Part shown: piece after piece, positions 21,247 through 31,612 of the stretch | Position numbering within the stretch: the stretch's first letter is position 1 | How the letters are laid out: each line of letters opens with the position of its first letter | From: Alkalispirochaeta sp. | GTDB lineage: Bacteria > Spirochaetota > Spirochaetia > DSM-27196 > Alkalispirochaetaceae | Direction of reading: 5' to 3' | DNA: 64,000 nt | Assembly (NCBI GenBank): GCA_965242725.1 | Contig: CBDESZ010000018.1 | Span: 192,001 to 256,000, forward strand | Position numbers and translations under genes: made by a program | Notes under the pieces: generated by a model | Databases searched by the model: none | What the model was told of the DNA's origin: nothing | Seen by the model: the letters and a program-made list of their open reading frames with translations, nothing else

Positions 21247-22203
21247 TTGTCAGATAGTACAGCACTTGTTCTATCGGATAGCGACGCCCTTCAGTTGATA
21301 TGTGGCGTCCACGATACCAACCTGAGAGTATTGGAAGAATTATTTTCGGCGCCGGTACGTGTTCGGGGCAACGAGTTGACCCTTGAGTCCTCCGACGAGG
21401 TCGCTCAGGGACGGTTTATCGTCTTAATGGAAGAATTAGAGCGCCACAGTAAAATAGGTCAGACGCTTGATCCTTTTCTCATCAGGGGTCTCTTTCACGA
21501 CATCAGCGACAAATCCGGGGAGTCCCTGGAAGCGATGCACAAGCGGGTCATCGAGATTCCCGCCGCAGGGGCAAAGGTATTTCCCCGGAGCGCGCGACAG
21601 GCGCGTATTTTTGCCGAGCTTGAACGAAATCAGCTCAACTTCTTCGTCGGCCCCGCCGGTACCGGCAAGACCTATATCGCCGTGGCTCATGCCTTGCGGG
21701 AAGTCCTGGCAAAGAAAAAACGCCGCCTCGTACTCACCCGTCCCGTCGTTGAAGCGGGCGAGAGTCTTGGATTTCTCCCGGGCGATTTGACGCAGAAGAT
21801 CAGCCCCTATTTACGCCCCCTCTACGATGCCATTGAAGCGCTGCTTCCCTTTGATCTCATTCGTCGCCTTGAAGAGCAGAATGTCATCGAAATCGCACCC
21901 CTCGCGTATATGCGGGGACGGAGCCTGCGGGACAGTTACGTTGTCCTCGACGAAGCGCAGAACACAACGCGGGAACAGATGAAGATGTTTCTCACCCGTC
22001 TTGGTGAAAACAGCCAGGCGGTGGTGACGGGCGACATCACCCAGATAGACCTGCCCAGGCGGAACGCCTCGGGCCTCATTCACATCCTCGACGTTTTACG
22101 ATACGTTTCCGGTATAGGAATTACCTATTTGACGCGGGACGACGTCGTTCGCAGTGCATTGGTACGGAAAATCATTCAGGCATACGATGAATACCGGGAA
22201 TAG
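21247..22203 (+). CDS. phoH: PhoH family ATPase (YbeZ)
   Basis: GPAGTGKT, RPVVEAGESLGFLPGD, APLAYMRGR, DEAQN, GDITQIDL. Confidence 0.95.
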   Translation: MSDSTALVLSDSDALQLICGVHDTNLRVLEELFSAPVRVRGNELTLESSDEVAQGRFIVLMEELERHSKIGQTLDPFLIRGLFHDISDKSGESLEAMHKRVIEIPAAGAKVFPRSARQARIFAELERNQLNFFVGPAGTGKTYIAVAHALREVLAKKKRRLVLTRPVVEAGESLGFLPGDLTQKISPYLRPLYDAIEALLPFDLIRRLEEQNVIEIAPLAYMRGRSLRDSYVVLDEAQNTTREQMKMFLTRLGENSQAVVTGDITQIDLPRRNASGLIHILDVLRYVSGIGITYLTRDDVVRSALVRKIIQAYDEYRE

Positions 22204-22651
22204 CGACGGAAACGTTGTGGAAGTTCGCGCGGAGAGCGGCGAACCTCCATCGTGGCTTTCCGCTCTTACAACGTATATTCACCACGTTTTGCGCCACATC
22301 GCCGTTTCCCGATGGGAAGTCTCGGTGCTCTTGTGCGACGAGTCGTTCATACAGCAGCTAAACAGACAGTACCGGGGAATCGATGCGCCCACCGACGTAC
22401 TTTCGTTTTCCGCGGGCGATGAAAACGAAGACGGCACGACACACGCCGGAGATATCGTCGTCTCTCTTCCCGTCGTGAAGCGGCAGGCGGAAGAGCTCGG
22501 TGTAGAATATGAAGAAGAAATTCGTCGCGTAGTTGTCCACGGGCTGCTCCATCTTCACGGTTATGAACACAGGACAAACGATTTTTCCCGTGAACCGATG
22601 CTCACCCTGCAGGAAAATATTGTACAGGAGTTGAAGGAGAAACTGTTTTGA
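22187..22651 (+). CDS. ybeY: rRNA maturation RNase YbeY
   Basis: LNRQYRG..PTDVLSF, GDIVVS, HGLLHLHGYEH. Confidence 0.95.
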   Translation: MNTGNSDGNVVEVRAESGEPPSWLSALTTYIHHVLRHIAVSRWEVSVLLCDESFIQQLNRQYRGIDAPTDVLSFSAGDENEDGTTHAGDIVVSLPVVKRQAEELGVEYEEEIRRVVVHGLLHLHGYEHRTNDFSREPMLTLQENIVQELKEKLF

Positions 22652-23460
22652 AATCAACCGGTTTATTACGTCGCTTTTTTACCTGGAATAGAGGCGGCGT
22701 AGAGGCTCATGCCAATACCGCACTGAACGTTGAAACCCGCAAGATGATTGAGGGTATTTACGCACTCGCCGACACAACGGTCAAGGAGGTCATGGTTCCC
22801 CGCATCGATTCCGTCTTTCTTGGACTTGATATGGAGACGACGGATCTGGTAAATCGTATCGCCGAGACGGGGCATTCCCGATTTCCCGTGTACAAGGATA
22901 CCATCGATAATGTTGTCGGCATGCTCTATGCAAAGGATCTTCTTCAGTACCTGACAAACGGAAAAGAAATCAGGATTGAACAAATTCTGCGAAAATCATT
23001 TTTTGTCCCTGAAAGCAAACGCCTGGACAGCCTTCTCCGTGAGATGAAGCGGCGGCGGGTGCACATCGCCGTCGCCGTCGACGAGTACGGCGGGGTCTCC
23101 GGGCTTGTCTGCATGGAGGATATCATCGAAGAAATCGTCGGCGACATTCAGGATGAGTTTGACAATGAACGGGAAGACATTCTTGAAATCGGAGAACGGG
23201 CGTGGTTGTGTGATGCGCGGGTCAACCTCGAGGATCTGCAGGAGATCATCACCACCGAGCTGCCGGAACAGGAATATGACACCCTCGGCGGGTTTGTCTT
23301 CGATCTTTTCGGAAAAATCCCCGTGAAATTTGAAAAGGTGACCTATAAGAATCTCGATTTTGTCATTCAGGATATGGAGGGACATAAAATCCGCAGCGTA
23401 AAAGTAGTTTCCCGTCCGGAAGATTCTCAAGATGACAACGACGGCAGAAGTGAATCGTAA
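22648..23460 (+). CDS. corC: CBS-pair/CorC_HlyC hemolysin-family (Mg/Co) transporter-associated protein
   Basis: VKEVMVPR, GHSRFPVY, AVDEYGG, EDIIEEIVGDIQDEFD, YDTLGGF. Confidence 0.9.
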   Translation: MKSTGLLRRFFTWNRGGVEAHANTALNVETRKMIEGIYALADTTVKEVMVPRIDSVFLGLDMETTDLVNRIAETGHSRFPVYKDTIDNVVGMLYAKDLLQYLTNGKEIRIEQILRKSFFVPESKRLDSLLREMKRRRVHIAVAVDEYGGVSGLVCMEDIIEEIVGDIQDEFDNEREDILEIGERAWLCDARVNLEDLQEIITTELPEQEYDTLGGFVFDLFGKIPVKFEKVTYKNLDFVIQDMEGHKIRSVKVVSRPEDSQDDNDGRSES

Positions 23461-25468
23461 CGGCAGCGGCGCGGCATTCCCATTGATTTTTATCCTCTCC
23501 TTCATCATTTCCACAGGATTCCTCTCCGCCCAGCAGGAGCATCCCATTGATCTCGTGCAAGAGGCACGGGGCTATCTCACCACCGCACGACAACGTCACG
23601 ACCGCGATCTCCTTGACCGTGCCGTCGAGACGGCACGACGCGCCCTTGAGGAGAACCGCCGTTTTGCGGAAGCTCATATCGTCCTGGGAGAAGCATTTCT
23701 CTGGCAGGGTACCTATGATCAGGCGGCGGAGCACCTTCAAAGGGCACGCAATCTCGGTGCCGACGATGTAACGCTCTCCCTTCTCGAAGGGCAGCTCGCC
23801 GTCATGGAAGGCCGTTTTTCAGACGCCGCCGCTCGATATGGCGCGGTATTGCGGGTTCAGCCGTACAATGAGGAAGCCCAGGTTGCAAATGCGCTCCTCA
23901 CCGCCGTAAACGGCCGTTTTGAACCGACGGAGCGGCAACTACAGCGTCTGGAGCAGCGGTACCCCCAGAATCGACGTCTGCTCATTGCCTTAATCGAAAT
24001 CGCCCGCCGACGCGGTAATGAAGCGGGTGAACGACGATATCTTGATCTGGCATTGCGGTACTTTGACGATGACGCGGCGGTGCAGCTTCTCGCCGCGGAG
24101 ACGGCGTATCGCGCAGGTGATTTCGACTCCGCCCAGTTTCACGGTCGCAACGCCGTATCGATTGCACCGGGACTCAAGGAAGGGTGGCTTGTCCTTGCGG
24201 AGTCGGCGCGAGAGCGCGGCGATTTTGAGGCAGCCCGTAATCACTACCAGACCCTCATTTCAATCGATCCCGACGACCACCGGGGGTGGTACGCCAGGGG
24301 CGTCGTCGCCGCCGAGGAAGGCAATCGGGAAACCGCGTTCCAGAGCTGGGACCGGGCGCTCGCGCTCCGTCCCGATTTTGAGCTCGCCCTGCTTGCGAAG
24401 GAACACTTTGCCATGGACCAATTGCCCCTGGAATCAGAGATCCGACGGAACCTCGCCGGGCGATACATACGATCCGGATCCGAACTGGAAGAGCGGTATC
24501 TCTTCCGTCAGGCGGAGCAATCCTATCGGCGGGGGCTTCAGCTCTATCCCTTTCAGCGGGAGCTCCGACTCCGTCTCGCCGAGCTATACCGCGGGCGGGG
24601 AATGTACGGGCGATATGTACAGGAGCTGCGCGTCATCGAGGAACTGGGAGAAGGGAATGAGACGGTGCGGGATACCCTGGAAAGCTTTGAGTCCCTCCGC
24701 CAGGACAGTATCGCCGCACGCTGGGAGATAGACCAGTTTACGATCGAACGACCGCGCACCGTTATATCCATACTGTACGGTTCTTCCGAATCCTTGATGG
24801 AACCCAACGGCGCAGAAGAAACGGCACGGTTTCTTGAAAGCCTTCTGTTCAGCTCACAGAACATCGAGGTGGCGGGATTGTATCAACGCAGCGGGCCGAG
24901 CAGGGCAGCCAATTTTACGGCGGCCCGACGGGACGGCGTCGATATGGTCGTGTCAATTACCGTATCGATGGAAGATCGGAGAATCGCCGTTTTCTATGAA
25001 GTACTGCCGCAGAGAGGTGTGGTGCCGATCGCGGAGGGCTCCGTATTCCGGTCGGGAAACGACAGGATACGAAATGCCGTCCGGGAGGTCGCCCGAAGGG
25101 TGGATGAACTGGTTCCGATTCAGGGATACGTCGTCGAACGACGCCCCTCACAGGCGATCATCGGTATCGGCGGCGTAGACGGACTTGAAGCGGGAGACCA
25201 TGTAGAGATTTTCACGACTCCCGACGACAGACCGCTTGGCCGGGCGGAGGTTCTTCAGGTGGACGATCTCGTCGCACTCATTTCCTGGAATCCCGATGGA
25301 CCCGATTTGCTTGGAATCGGTGATCGCGTCGTTTTTCAACCCGCCGATGAGAGCGAAGAGACGGAACAGGCAGAAGGTGAGTCCGGCACGCGTGAGGTAA
25401 TCGTTCCCGAGGACAGCGCGCCCCCTGAAGCGGCAAGCCTCCTGCGCCGGCTGTTCCGGCTTCCCTGA
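23432..25468 (+). CDS. Exported multi-TPR protein with beta-rich C-terminal domain
   Basis: Signal-like N-terminus, many TPR helix pairs, C-terminal IIGIGGVDGLEAGDHVEIF segment resembling FlgT C-terminus. Confidence 0.75.
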   Translation: MTTTAEVNRNGSGAAFPLIFILSFIISTGFLSAQQEHPIDLVQEARGYLTTARQRHDRDLLDRAVETARRALEENRRFAEAHIVLGEAFLWQGTYDQAAEHLQRARNLGADDVTLSLLEGQLAVMEGRFSDAAARYGAVLRVQPYNEEAQVANALLTAVNGRFEPTERQLQRLEQRYPQNRRLLIALIEIARRRGNEAGERRYLDLALRYFDDDAAVQLLAAETAYRAGDFDSAQFHGRNAVSIAPGLKEGWLVLAESARERGDFEAARNHYQTLISIDPDDHRGWYARGVVAAEEGNRETAFQSWDRALALRPDFELALLAKEHFAMDQLPLESEIRRNLAGRYIRSGSELEERYLFRQAEQSYRRGLQLYPFQRELRLRLAELYRGRGMYGRYVQELRVIEELGEGNETVRDTLESFESLRQDSIAARWEIDQFTIERPRTVISILYGSSESLMEPNGAEETARFLESLLFSSQNIEVAGLYQRSGPSRAANFTAARRDGVDMVVSITVSMEDRRIAVFYEVLPQRGVVPIAEGSVFRSGNDRIRNAVREVARRVDELVPIQGYVVERRPSQAIIGIGGVDGLEAGDHVEIFTTPDDRPLGRAEVLQVDDLVALISWNPDGPDLLGIGDRVVFQPADESEETEQAEGESGTREVIVPEDSAPPEAASLLRRLFRLP

Positions 25469-25474
25469 CGCCGA

Positions 25475-25503
25475 TTGACATCACAGATGGCTTTCTCTAT
25501 AGT
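25475..25503 (+). promoter_or_regulatory. Strong sigma70 promoter of the gap operon
   Basis: TTGACA-17-TATAGT; SD AGGAGG at 25527-25532. Confidence 0.8.
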
Positions 25504-25540
25504 TTGCACGATCACCCCCAATTTTTAGGAGGCAAATAGT

Positions 25541-26542
25541 ATGAAAATTGCAATTAACGGTTTTGGTCGTATTGGACGAAATGTCTTTAAAATTGCGCTC
25601 GAAAAGGGTGTCGAAGTCGTTGCACTCAATGATCTTACCGATACAAAAACACTTGCACATCTGCTCAAGTACGATTCCACTCAGGGTCGATTCGACGGAA
25701 CCGTTGAGTACGACGATGAAGGAATTATCGTTAACGGGAAGAAATACAAGGTCTGTTCCGAGCGGAATCCCGCCAATATCCCCTGGGGAGATGCACCGGA
25801 CGTAGTAATCGAATCCACCGGTATCTTCACCAAGCGAGAAAGCGAAAAGGGCGGCTACGGTGATCACCTGAAGAACGCGAAGTATCCCGCCAAGAAAGTC
25901 ATTCTTACCGTTCCTGCAAAGGACAAGATCGACAACATGATCGTCCTCGGCGTGAACGATGGTGATCTGAAACCCACCGATACATGCGTTTCCAATGCAA
26001 GCTGCACCACAAACTGTCTCGCCCCGGTCGCAAAGGTACTGGATGACGAGTTCGGGATTGTTGAAGGTTTCATGACGACGGTCCACAGCTACACAAACGA
26101 TCAGGTAACTCTGGATGGCCCCCACAAGGACCTCCGTCGCGCCCGGTCCGCCGCAGTTTCAATCATTCCCACGACGACCGGTGCCGCCCGGGCGGTAGGC
26201 AAGGTGCTTCCCAAGCTCAACGGAAAACTCGACGGCGTCGCCATGCGTGTACCCACGCCGACCGGCTCGATCGTCGACCTGGTCGTTGACGTCGAGAAGG
26301 ACGTTACCGTTGAAGCCGTCAACAAGGCTATGAAAAAGGCCGCTGAAGGTCCGCTGAAGGGTATTCTCGAGTACACGGAAGACCCCATCGTATCGGTTGA
26401 TATCATTCACAATACCCACAGTTCAATCTTCGATGCCCAGAGCACGATGGTGATCGGGAAAAAAGTGAAAATATTTTCCTGGTACGACAACGAGTGGGGT
26501 TACAGCTCCCGCGTTGTAGAACTGGCGCAGAAGCTGGTTTAA
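25541..26542 (+). CDS. gap: Glyceraldehyde-3-phosphate dehydrogenase, type I
   Basis: [29 protein letters not shown]; spirochaete-type KGGYGDHL insertion. Confidence 0.98.
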   Translation: MKIAINGFGRIGRNVFKIALEKGVEVVALNDLTDTKTLAHLLKYDSTQGRFDGTVEYDDEGIIVNGKKYKVCSERNPANIPWGDAPDVVIESTGIFTKRESEKGGYGDHLKNAKYPAKKVILTVPAKDKIDNMIVLGVNDGDLKPTDTCVSNASCTTNCLAPVAKVLDDEFGIVEGFMTTVHSYTNDQVTLDGPHKDLRRARSAAVSIIPTTTGAARAVGKVLPKLNGKLDGVAMRVPTPTGSIVDLVVDVEKDVTVEAVNKAMKKAAEGPLKGILEYTEDPIVSVDIIHNTHSSIFDAQSTMVIGKKVKIFSWYDNEWGYSSRVVELAQKLV

Positions 26543-26562
26543 CCTTTTCCCTGATATCGGTC

Positions 26563-26592
26563 GGCCCGGATCGCGATGGATCCGGGCCTTTT
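26563..26592 (+). terminator. Internal terminator-like hairpin between gap and pgk
   Basis: GGCCCGGATC-gcgatg-GATCCGGGCC-TTTT, perfect 10-bp stem. Confidence 0.75.
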
Positions 26593-26617
26593 GACGTACT
26601 ATAAGGGAGGAACCGCA

Positions 26618-27802
26618 ATGAAACTACGAACACTCAAGGACGTCGCCATTACGGGCAAGCGCGTACTCATGCGCGCCGACTTCAACGTTCCCGTCAAGGA
26701 TGGTGTAATCACCGACGACACCCGGATCCAGGCTGCCATGGAATCCATCAATTACATCCTGAATCAGGGTGCGTCATTGATTCTGATGAGCCACCTCGGA
26801 CGTCCAAAGGGCGAACGAAAGGAAGAGTACAGCCTCGCTCCGGTTGCGAAGCGTCTCTCCGAACTGCTCGGACGGGAAGTTATCATGGCCGACGACGTAA
26901 TCGGCCGGAGCGTGAGCACCCGTGCGGCGGAGCTGACGCCCGGAGATGTCATGCTTCTCGAAAACGTCCGCTATTACAAAGAAGAAACAGACAACGACGC
27001 CGCCTTTGCGGAACAACTTGCCAAACTGGCCGACGTCTTTGTAAACGACGCTTTCGGCACGGCCCATCGCGCGCACGCGTCGACGGAAGGCGTCACAAAA
27101 TTCCTGCCGTCATGTGCGGGTTTCCTCATCGAAAAAGAAGTTTCCTTCTTCCAGCCGATTCTGGACAATCCGGAAAAGCCGATGGTTGCCGTTATCGGTG
27201 GAGCCAAGGTGTCTTCAAAGATTGCCGTCCTCGAGAGTCTATTGCCGAACTGCGCCGGATTCATTATCGGCGGCGGTATGGCATATACCTTCCTGAAGGC
27301 ACAGGGGTATGAAACGGGTAAGAGCCTCCTGGAAGAGGAATACCTGGAAACGGCGCGCAAATTCCTCGATGCGGCGAAAAAGCGGGGAACCGAAATCATT
27401 TTGCCCGTCGACCACGTCGTCGCCGCGGAGTTTGACGCGGCGGCAAAACCGGAATCCGTTGATTCCGTGGAAATACCCGTCGATCGCCTCGCCATGGATA
27501 TCGGCCCCAGAACGATTGCGGCGGCAAAGAAGGCCATCGCCGCGGCGCGCACAATCGTCTGGAACGGTCCGATGGGTGTATTCGAGTTTGACAATTTTTC
27601 AGGCGGTACAAAGGAGATTGCCCAGGCGATCGCCGATTCTTCAGCCATTACCGTCGTCGGCGGAGGCGACTCCGTTGCGGCGACAAACAAGTTCGGCCTC
27701 GCCGACAAGATGGACCACGTTTCCACCGGTGGAGGCGCCTCCCTGGAGTTTCTCGAAGGGAAGTCACTGCCGGGCATTATCGCCTTACAGGAAGGAGCAT
27801 AA
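26618..27802 (+). CDS. pgk: Phosphoglycerate kinase
   Basis: [50 protein letters not shown] before ATG 26618. Confidence 0.98.
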   Translation: MKLRTLKDVAITGKRVLMRADFNVPVKDGVITDDTRIQAAMESINYILNQGASLILMSHLGRPKGERKEEYSLAPVAKRLSELLGREVIMADDVIGRSVSTRAAELTPGDVMLLENVRYYKEETDNDAAFAEQLAKLADVFVNDAFGTAHRAHASTEGVTKFLPSCAGFLIEKEVSFFQPILDNPEKPMVAVIGGAKVSSKIAVLESLLPNCAGFIIGGGMAYTFLKAQGYETGKSLLEEEYLETARKFLDAAKKRGTEIILPVDHVVAAEFDAAAKPESVDSVEIPVDRLAMDIGPRTIAAAKKAIAAARTIVWNGPMGVFEFDNFSGGTKEIAQAIADSSAITVVGGGDSVAATNKFGLADKMDHVSTGGGASLEFLEGKSLPGIIALQEGA

Positions 27803-27804
27803 CT

Positions 27805-28557
27805 ATGCGTCGACCATACATTGCGGGTAACTGGAAAATGCACATGACCCGGAAGGAAGCGGAGTCATTAGCCCAGGCAATTCGGGGGCAGCTTTCCGGT
27901 GTTTCCCATCGATTACTGGTGGCACCGAGTTTCACCCTCATAGAGAGCGTTGCCCGCGTTCTTTCAGGGTCCAACGTGGAAGTGGCCGCCCAGAATATGG
28001 CCGCCGCCCGTGACGGGGCCCATACCGGGGAGGTCTCGCCCCTGATGGTCAAGGATGCCGGCGCCACGTCGGTCATTCTCGGACACTCCGAGCGCCGTCA
28101 CGTCTACGGCGAATCGGATCAGCTCATAAACGAAAAAGTTCTTCTCGCCCTTGATGAGGGACTGGAGATCATCCTCTGCATCGGTGAGACTCTTGAAGAA
28201 CGGGAGTCGGGTCGCGTTGACGACGTCAACAGACGGCAGCTTTCGACGGCACTTCAGGGCGTATCTGCAGACCGTATGGGAAAGATCACCGTCGCCTACG
28301 AGCCCGTCTGGGCCATCGGAACGGGAAAGACCGCAACACCCGAGGACGCTGATTCCGTACACGCCGCCGTACGCGGTATTCTTTCAGATCTGTACGACCG
28401 TGATATTGCGGAAAAGATGGTTATCCAATATGGTGGTTCGGTAAAACCGGATAACGTAAAGGGCCTGATGGCCAAGGAAAATATCGACGGAGCCCTCGTT
28501 GGAGGTGCATCATTGAAGGTCGATACGTTTGTTCCGATTGCACAATTCGATAAATAG
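27805..28557 (+). CDS. tpiA: Triosephosphate isomerase
   Basis: AGNWKM, GHSERR, AYEPVWAIGTG, YGGSVK, LVGGASL. Confidence 0.98.
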   Translation: MRRPYIAGNWKMHMTRKEAESLAQAIRGQLSGVSHRLLVAPSFTLIESVARVLSGSNVEVAAQNMAAARDGAHTGEVSPLMVKDAGATSVILGHSERRHVYGESDQLINEKVLLALDEGLEIILCIGETLEERESGRVDDVNRRQLSTALQGVSADRMGKITVAYEPVWAIGTGKTATPEDADSVHAAVRGILSDLYDRDIAEKMVIQYGGSVKPDNVKGLMAKENIDGALVGGASLKVDTFVPIAQFDK

Positions 28558-28569
28558 GCAGAGGTTTTC

Positions 28570-28911
28570 ATGGGTTTTCTTGGTATTGTGTTGATGATCA
28601 TTTTTGTTGTCAGCTCGTTGTTGCTCATTCTGATCGTTCTTCTTCAGGATGAGGGAGGTGACGGTTTAGGTGGAATTTTCGGGGGCGGAGCGGCTTCACA
28701 GGTCGGCAACCGGAGCGGAAACATTCTCACGAAAATAACGAGCGTTCTCGCGGCTGTTTTTCTCCTCAGCTCCTTCGGGCTTGCATGGCTCAACCGCACA
28801 CCCAACACCGGGGACGTAGAGGCCGCGGCTCGCCGGCTGGAAGCAAATTCCGGAGACAGCTCCGTCGAATGGTGGGTCGTGGAAGACGGGGAAGAACAAA
28901 CGGAAGAGTAA
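28570..28911 (+). CDS. secG: Preprotein translocase subunit SecG
   Basis: Two TM helices around a Gly-rich loop (VLLQ..GLGGIFGG..NILTKIT); follows tpiA. Confidence 0.92.
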   Translation: MGFLGIVLMIIFVVSSLLLILIVLLQDEGGDGLGGIFGGGAASQVGNRSGNILTKITSVLAAVFLLSSFGLAWLNRTPNTGDVEAAARRLEANSGDSSVEWWVVEDGEEQTEE

Positions 28912-28912
28912 C

Positions 28913-29329
28913 ATGCGCGTGGCGGTTGTGTTCTTTTCAGATACCGCAAACACTCGAATTGCCGGGATAGCTCGTGGAGTTGTGTCGGGAATCGAAAAAA
29001 ACGGACATCACGTCGACCTCATCGACGGCATGAGGGACATATCCCGAAAACTGACGCCCTACGAGTACATCGCCGTCGGTGGTGTTGGCGTCTCTTTTTT
29101 TGGCGGAAAGATTTCCCCAAAGATTCGGGAGTATCTCTCGCAGGCCGGCATTATCGGCGGAAAAAAGTCCTTCGCCTTCACGACAACCCGTCCCGTGGGT
29201 GCGCAAAAGGTATTGCGGTCAATCATGGCCGCAATGGAACATGAAGGCATGTTTGTCCGTTATTCCGAAATTATTCGGTCTCCCGTCGAAGCGGAACTGG
29301 TTGGAAAACGACTTAAATTAGACCATTGA
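28913..29329 (+). CDS. Flavodoxin-fold protein
   Basis: MRVAVVFFSDTANT, YEYIAVG, GKKSFAF alternating beta/alpha pattern. Confidence 0.65.
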   Translation: MRVAVVFFSDTANTRIAGIARGVVSGIEKNGHHVDLIDGMRDISRKLTPYEYIAVGGVGVSFFGGKISPKIREYLSQAGIIGGKKSFAFTTTRPVGAQKVLRSIMAAMEHEGMFVRYSEIIRSPVEAELVGKRLKLDH

Positions 29330-30126
29330 GCAATTATTACACAATCCTTGGCGTACATCCCGACGCAAGCCGGGAAGAGATTCGCAACGCCTATCGCAGA
29401 CAAGTCAAAGCGGTACACCCCGACGTCCACAACGGCGATCCGGGGAGCGTCGAGCGGATGAAAGCGGTCGTCCTTGCCTGGGAGGTTTTAAGTGATGAAA
29501 CCCGCCGGGAAGATTACGATCGCATCCACGGTATTCATAGCGACGGGCCCATTGAGTTTGACTACGCCGAGTTTCTCCGGTCACGCCGGGACGATCAGGA
29601 ATCCCAGTCGAGGCTCGTATTTTACGACCTCCTCCACGACAATCCCGACGAAGCACTTGAAATATACGATACCCTCGTCGCGACGGGAGATTTTGAACTT
29701 TCCGCCTATCTGGGCAGGGAAGATTTCATGGACTGCGCCTTTCTTCTCGCAGAAGAGTATGAAGCACGGGATGATTACCAGCGCGCCTTTCTTCTCCTTT
29801 CGGCGATTGTCCGTTTTGAAAGGCAGAAGCCGTATTTCCGCCATTTCATGGCCGACGTCTATGAACGTTTACGCAACATCGTCTGTTTCAAGATGGTTGA
29901 GCGGGAGTCCTCGGAGGTTGTCCTTTATCATATCCATCAAATGATCGACTGGGACCTGCCCAAACGGGACACCGCGTTCTGCTACAAGAAGGCGGCGGAG
30001 CTCTACCTGCAGGAAGGGGACCGTCGAAAGGCGTATCGTTACCTCCAGCGGGCACTATCCATCGACCAGCGCCTCGCCGGTATAAAGAAGCTGCAACAGG
30101 AGCTCGGATATTTCGAGACTGCATGA
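29326..30126 (+). CDS. J-domain (DnaJ class C) protein with C-terminal TPR
   Basis: NYYTILGV..HPD..AWEVLSD..RREDYD; TPR-like C-terminus. Confidence 0.88.
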   Translation: MSNYYTILGVHPDASREEIRNAYRRQVKAVHPDVHNGDPGSVERMKAVVLAWEVLSDETRREDYDRIHGIHSDGPIEFDYAEFLRSRRDDQESQSRLVFYDLLHDNPDEALEIYDTLVATGDFELSAYLGREDFMDCAFLLAEEYEARDDYQRAFLLLSAIVRFERQKPYFRHFMADVYERLRNIVCFKMVERESSEVVLYHIHQMIDWDLPKRDTAFCYKKAAELYLQEGDRRKAYRYLQRALSIDQRLAGIKKLQQELGYFETA

Positions 30127-30139
30127 TAAGGTAGAGAAT

Positions 30140-31201
30140 ATGATCACAAAGTTACACGGAAGAGGATTACGACGGGTCGTTTCAGTCGCGACAATGATGA
30201 TCGTTCTACAGCTCTCTGTCTTCGGGCAGGTCCTTGATCGTCCCGTCGCAGTCGTGCGGCTCCATCAGACTGTCAATATCGGCCAGCGTCAGCTTCGGCA
30301 GGATGTTGAATTGATAGAGCGACAGGCCGGCCGAAGCCTTTCCCAGTCGGAAAGACAGGAGCTTCTGGAGGAGCGCATCAACGGTGAACTCCTCTCCCAG
30401 GCGGCGGCACGGGCAAACATACAGGTTGCGCAGGAAGAAATTCAGCAGGCAATAGCCGCACAGCGGCAGGCGTTGGGCCAGCCCGTAACGGACAGTCAAT
30501 TCCGTCAACTGGTTGAGAACCAGATGGGTCTTACCTGGGACGCCTTTCTTGAAGAAATCCGGGACAGGCTGGTACAGGAAAAATTTGTACTTGAGCGGTC
30601 ACAGAGCCGATTCAGTGAAATACCGCAACCGACGGCCGAAGAGATACGCTTCGTCTATGAAACAAATGCGCAGGAGTTCTTCAACCCGCTGATGGTGCGA
30701 TTTGACCATCTCTTTTTCGATACCCGAAACAAGAACGACGGGGAGATTCGTGCCCTTCGTGAAAAGGCGACAAACATGGCCCGTCGTCTGAGCCGGGGAA
30801 CGGTACAGTATGATGCGCTCATGCGGGAGAGCCTCGATGATGTTTCCTATTCGGGAGGCGATTTCGGCTATCTCATTAACGGCGACCAGCAGACGCTGCA
30901 ACGTCTTGGTCGCGGATTTGTGGAAAAAGCCTTTCGCCTGGACGAAGGCGCCGTCTCGGGAGTCATTGAAAGCAATGTGGGTTTACACATTCTCCGGATT
31001 ACCAATCGCCGTCCGCCACGATTACCCGGACTGAACGATCCTGTCATGCCGGGGGAGGGAACAACCGTGCGTCAGCAGGTGGAGGCGTTCCTGGTCAATC
31101 AGAAACAGCAGCAGATATTCGAGGAGACCGTTGCTTCGGTCGTTCAGGAACTTCGTCGGGAGGCGGATATCACCCGGTATCCCGAGAGACTTAACTGGTA
31201 G
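30140..31201 (+). CDS. SurA-like periplasmic chaperone / PpiC-type PPIase
   Basis: Signal peptide, SurA N-domain, SGGDFGY, VSGVIESNVGLHILRI. Confidence 0.85.
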   Translation: MITKLHGRGLRRVVSVATMMIVLQLSVFGQVLDRPVAVVRLHQTVNIGQRQLRQDVELIERQAGRSLSQSERQELLEERINGELLSQAAARANIQVAQEEIQQAIAAQRQALGQPVTDSQFRQLVENQMGLTWDAFLEEIRDRLVQEKFVLERSQSRFSEIPQPTAEEIRFVYETNAQEFFNPLMVRFDHLFFDTRNKNDGEIRALREKATNMARRLSRGTVQYDALMRESLDDVSYSGGDFGYLINGDQQTLQRLGRGFVEKAFRLDEGAVSGVIESNVGLHILRITNRRPPRLPGLNDPVMPGEGTTVRQQVEAFLVNQKQQQIFEETVASVVQELRREADITRYPERLNW

Positions 31202-31204
31202 TCC

Positions 31205-31612
31205 ATGGCATCGAGACGTAAGAGCCGCAGATTGGCGGTTCAGGGGCTATACAGCTGGGATGTCGGAAAAACCGACCTGATCCGTATTCTCGCCTTTGAC
31301 TGGATTGAGGAAACCGGCGCAGGAGAAACCGATTTTGCCCGTCTGTTGATACAGGGAACGATCGAAGCGATCGAGACGATCGATTCGCTGATTCAAAGCC
31401 ATTTGGAACACTGGGATATCGCGCGCCTCCACCGGGTGGATCTGGCGATACTTCGGGTGAGCACCTACAGCCTCCGCTATCAGCCGGACATTCCGGCCCA
31501 CGTCACGATAGACGAGGCGGTGGAGCTGGCCAAAGAACTTTCCACCGATGACGCCTTTCGCTTCATAAACGGCGTCCTTGACGGCATACGCAAACAGATC
31601 GGGAGTTCCTGA
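31205..31612 (+). CDS. nusB: Transcription antitermination factor NusB
   Basis: RRKSRRLAVQGLY, DLAILR, IDEAVELAK, FINGVLD. Confidence 0.96.
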   Translation: MASRRKSRRLAVQGLYSWDVGKTDLIRILAFDWIEETGAGETDFARLLIQGTIEAIETIDSLIQSHLEHWDIARLHRVDLAILRVSTYSLRYQPDIPAHVTIDEAVELAKELSTDDAFRFINGVLDGIRKQIGSS

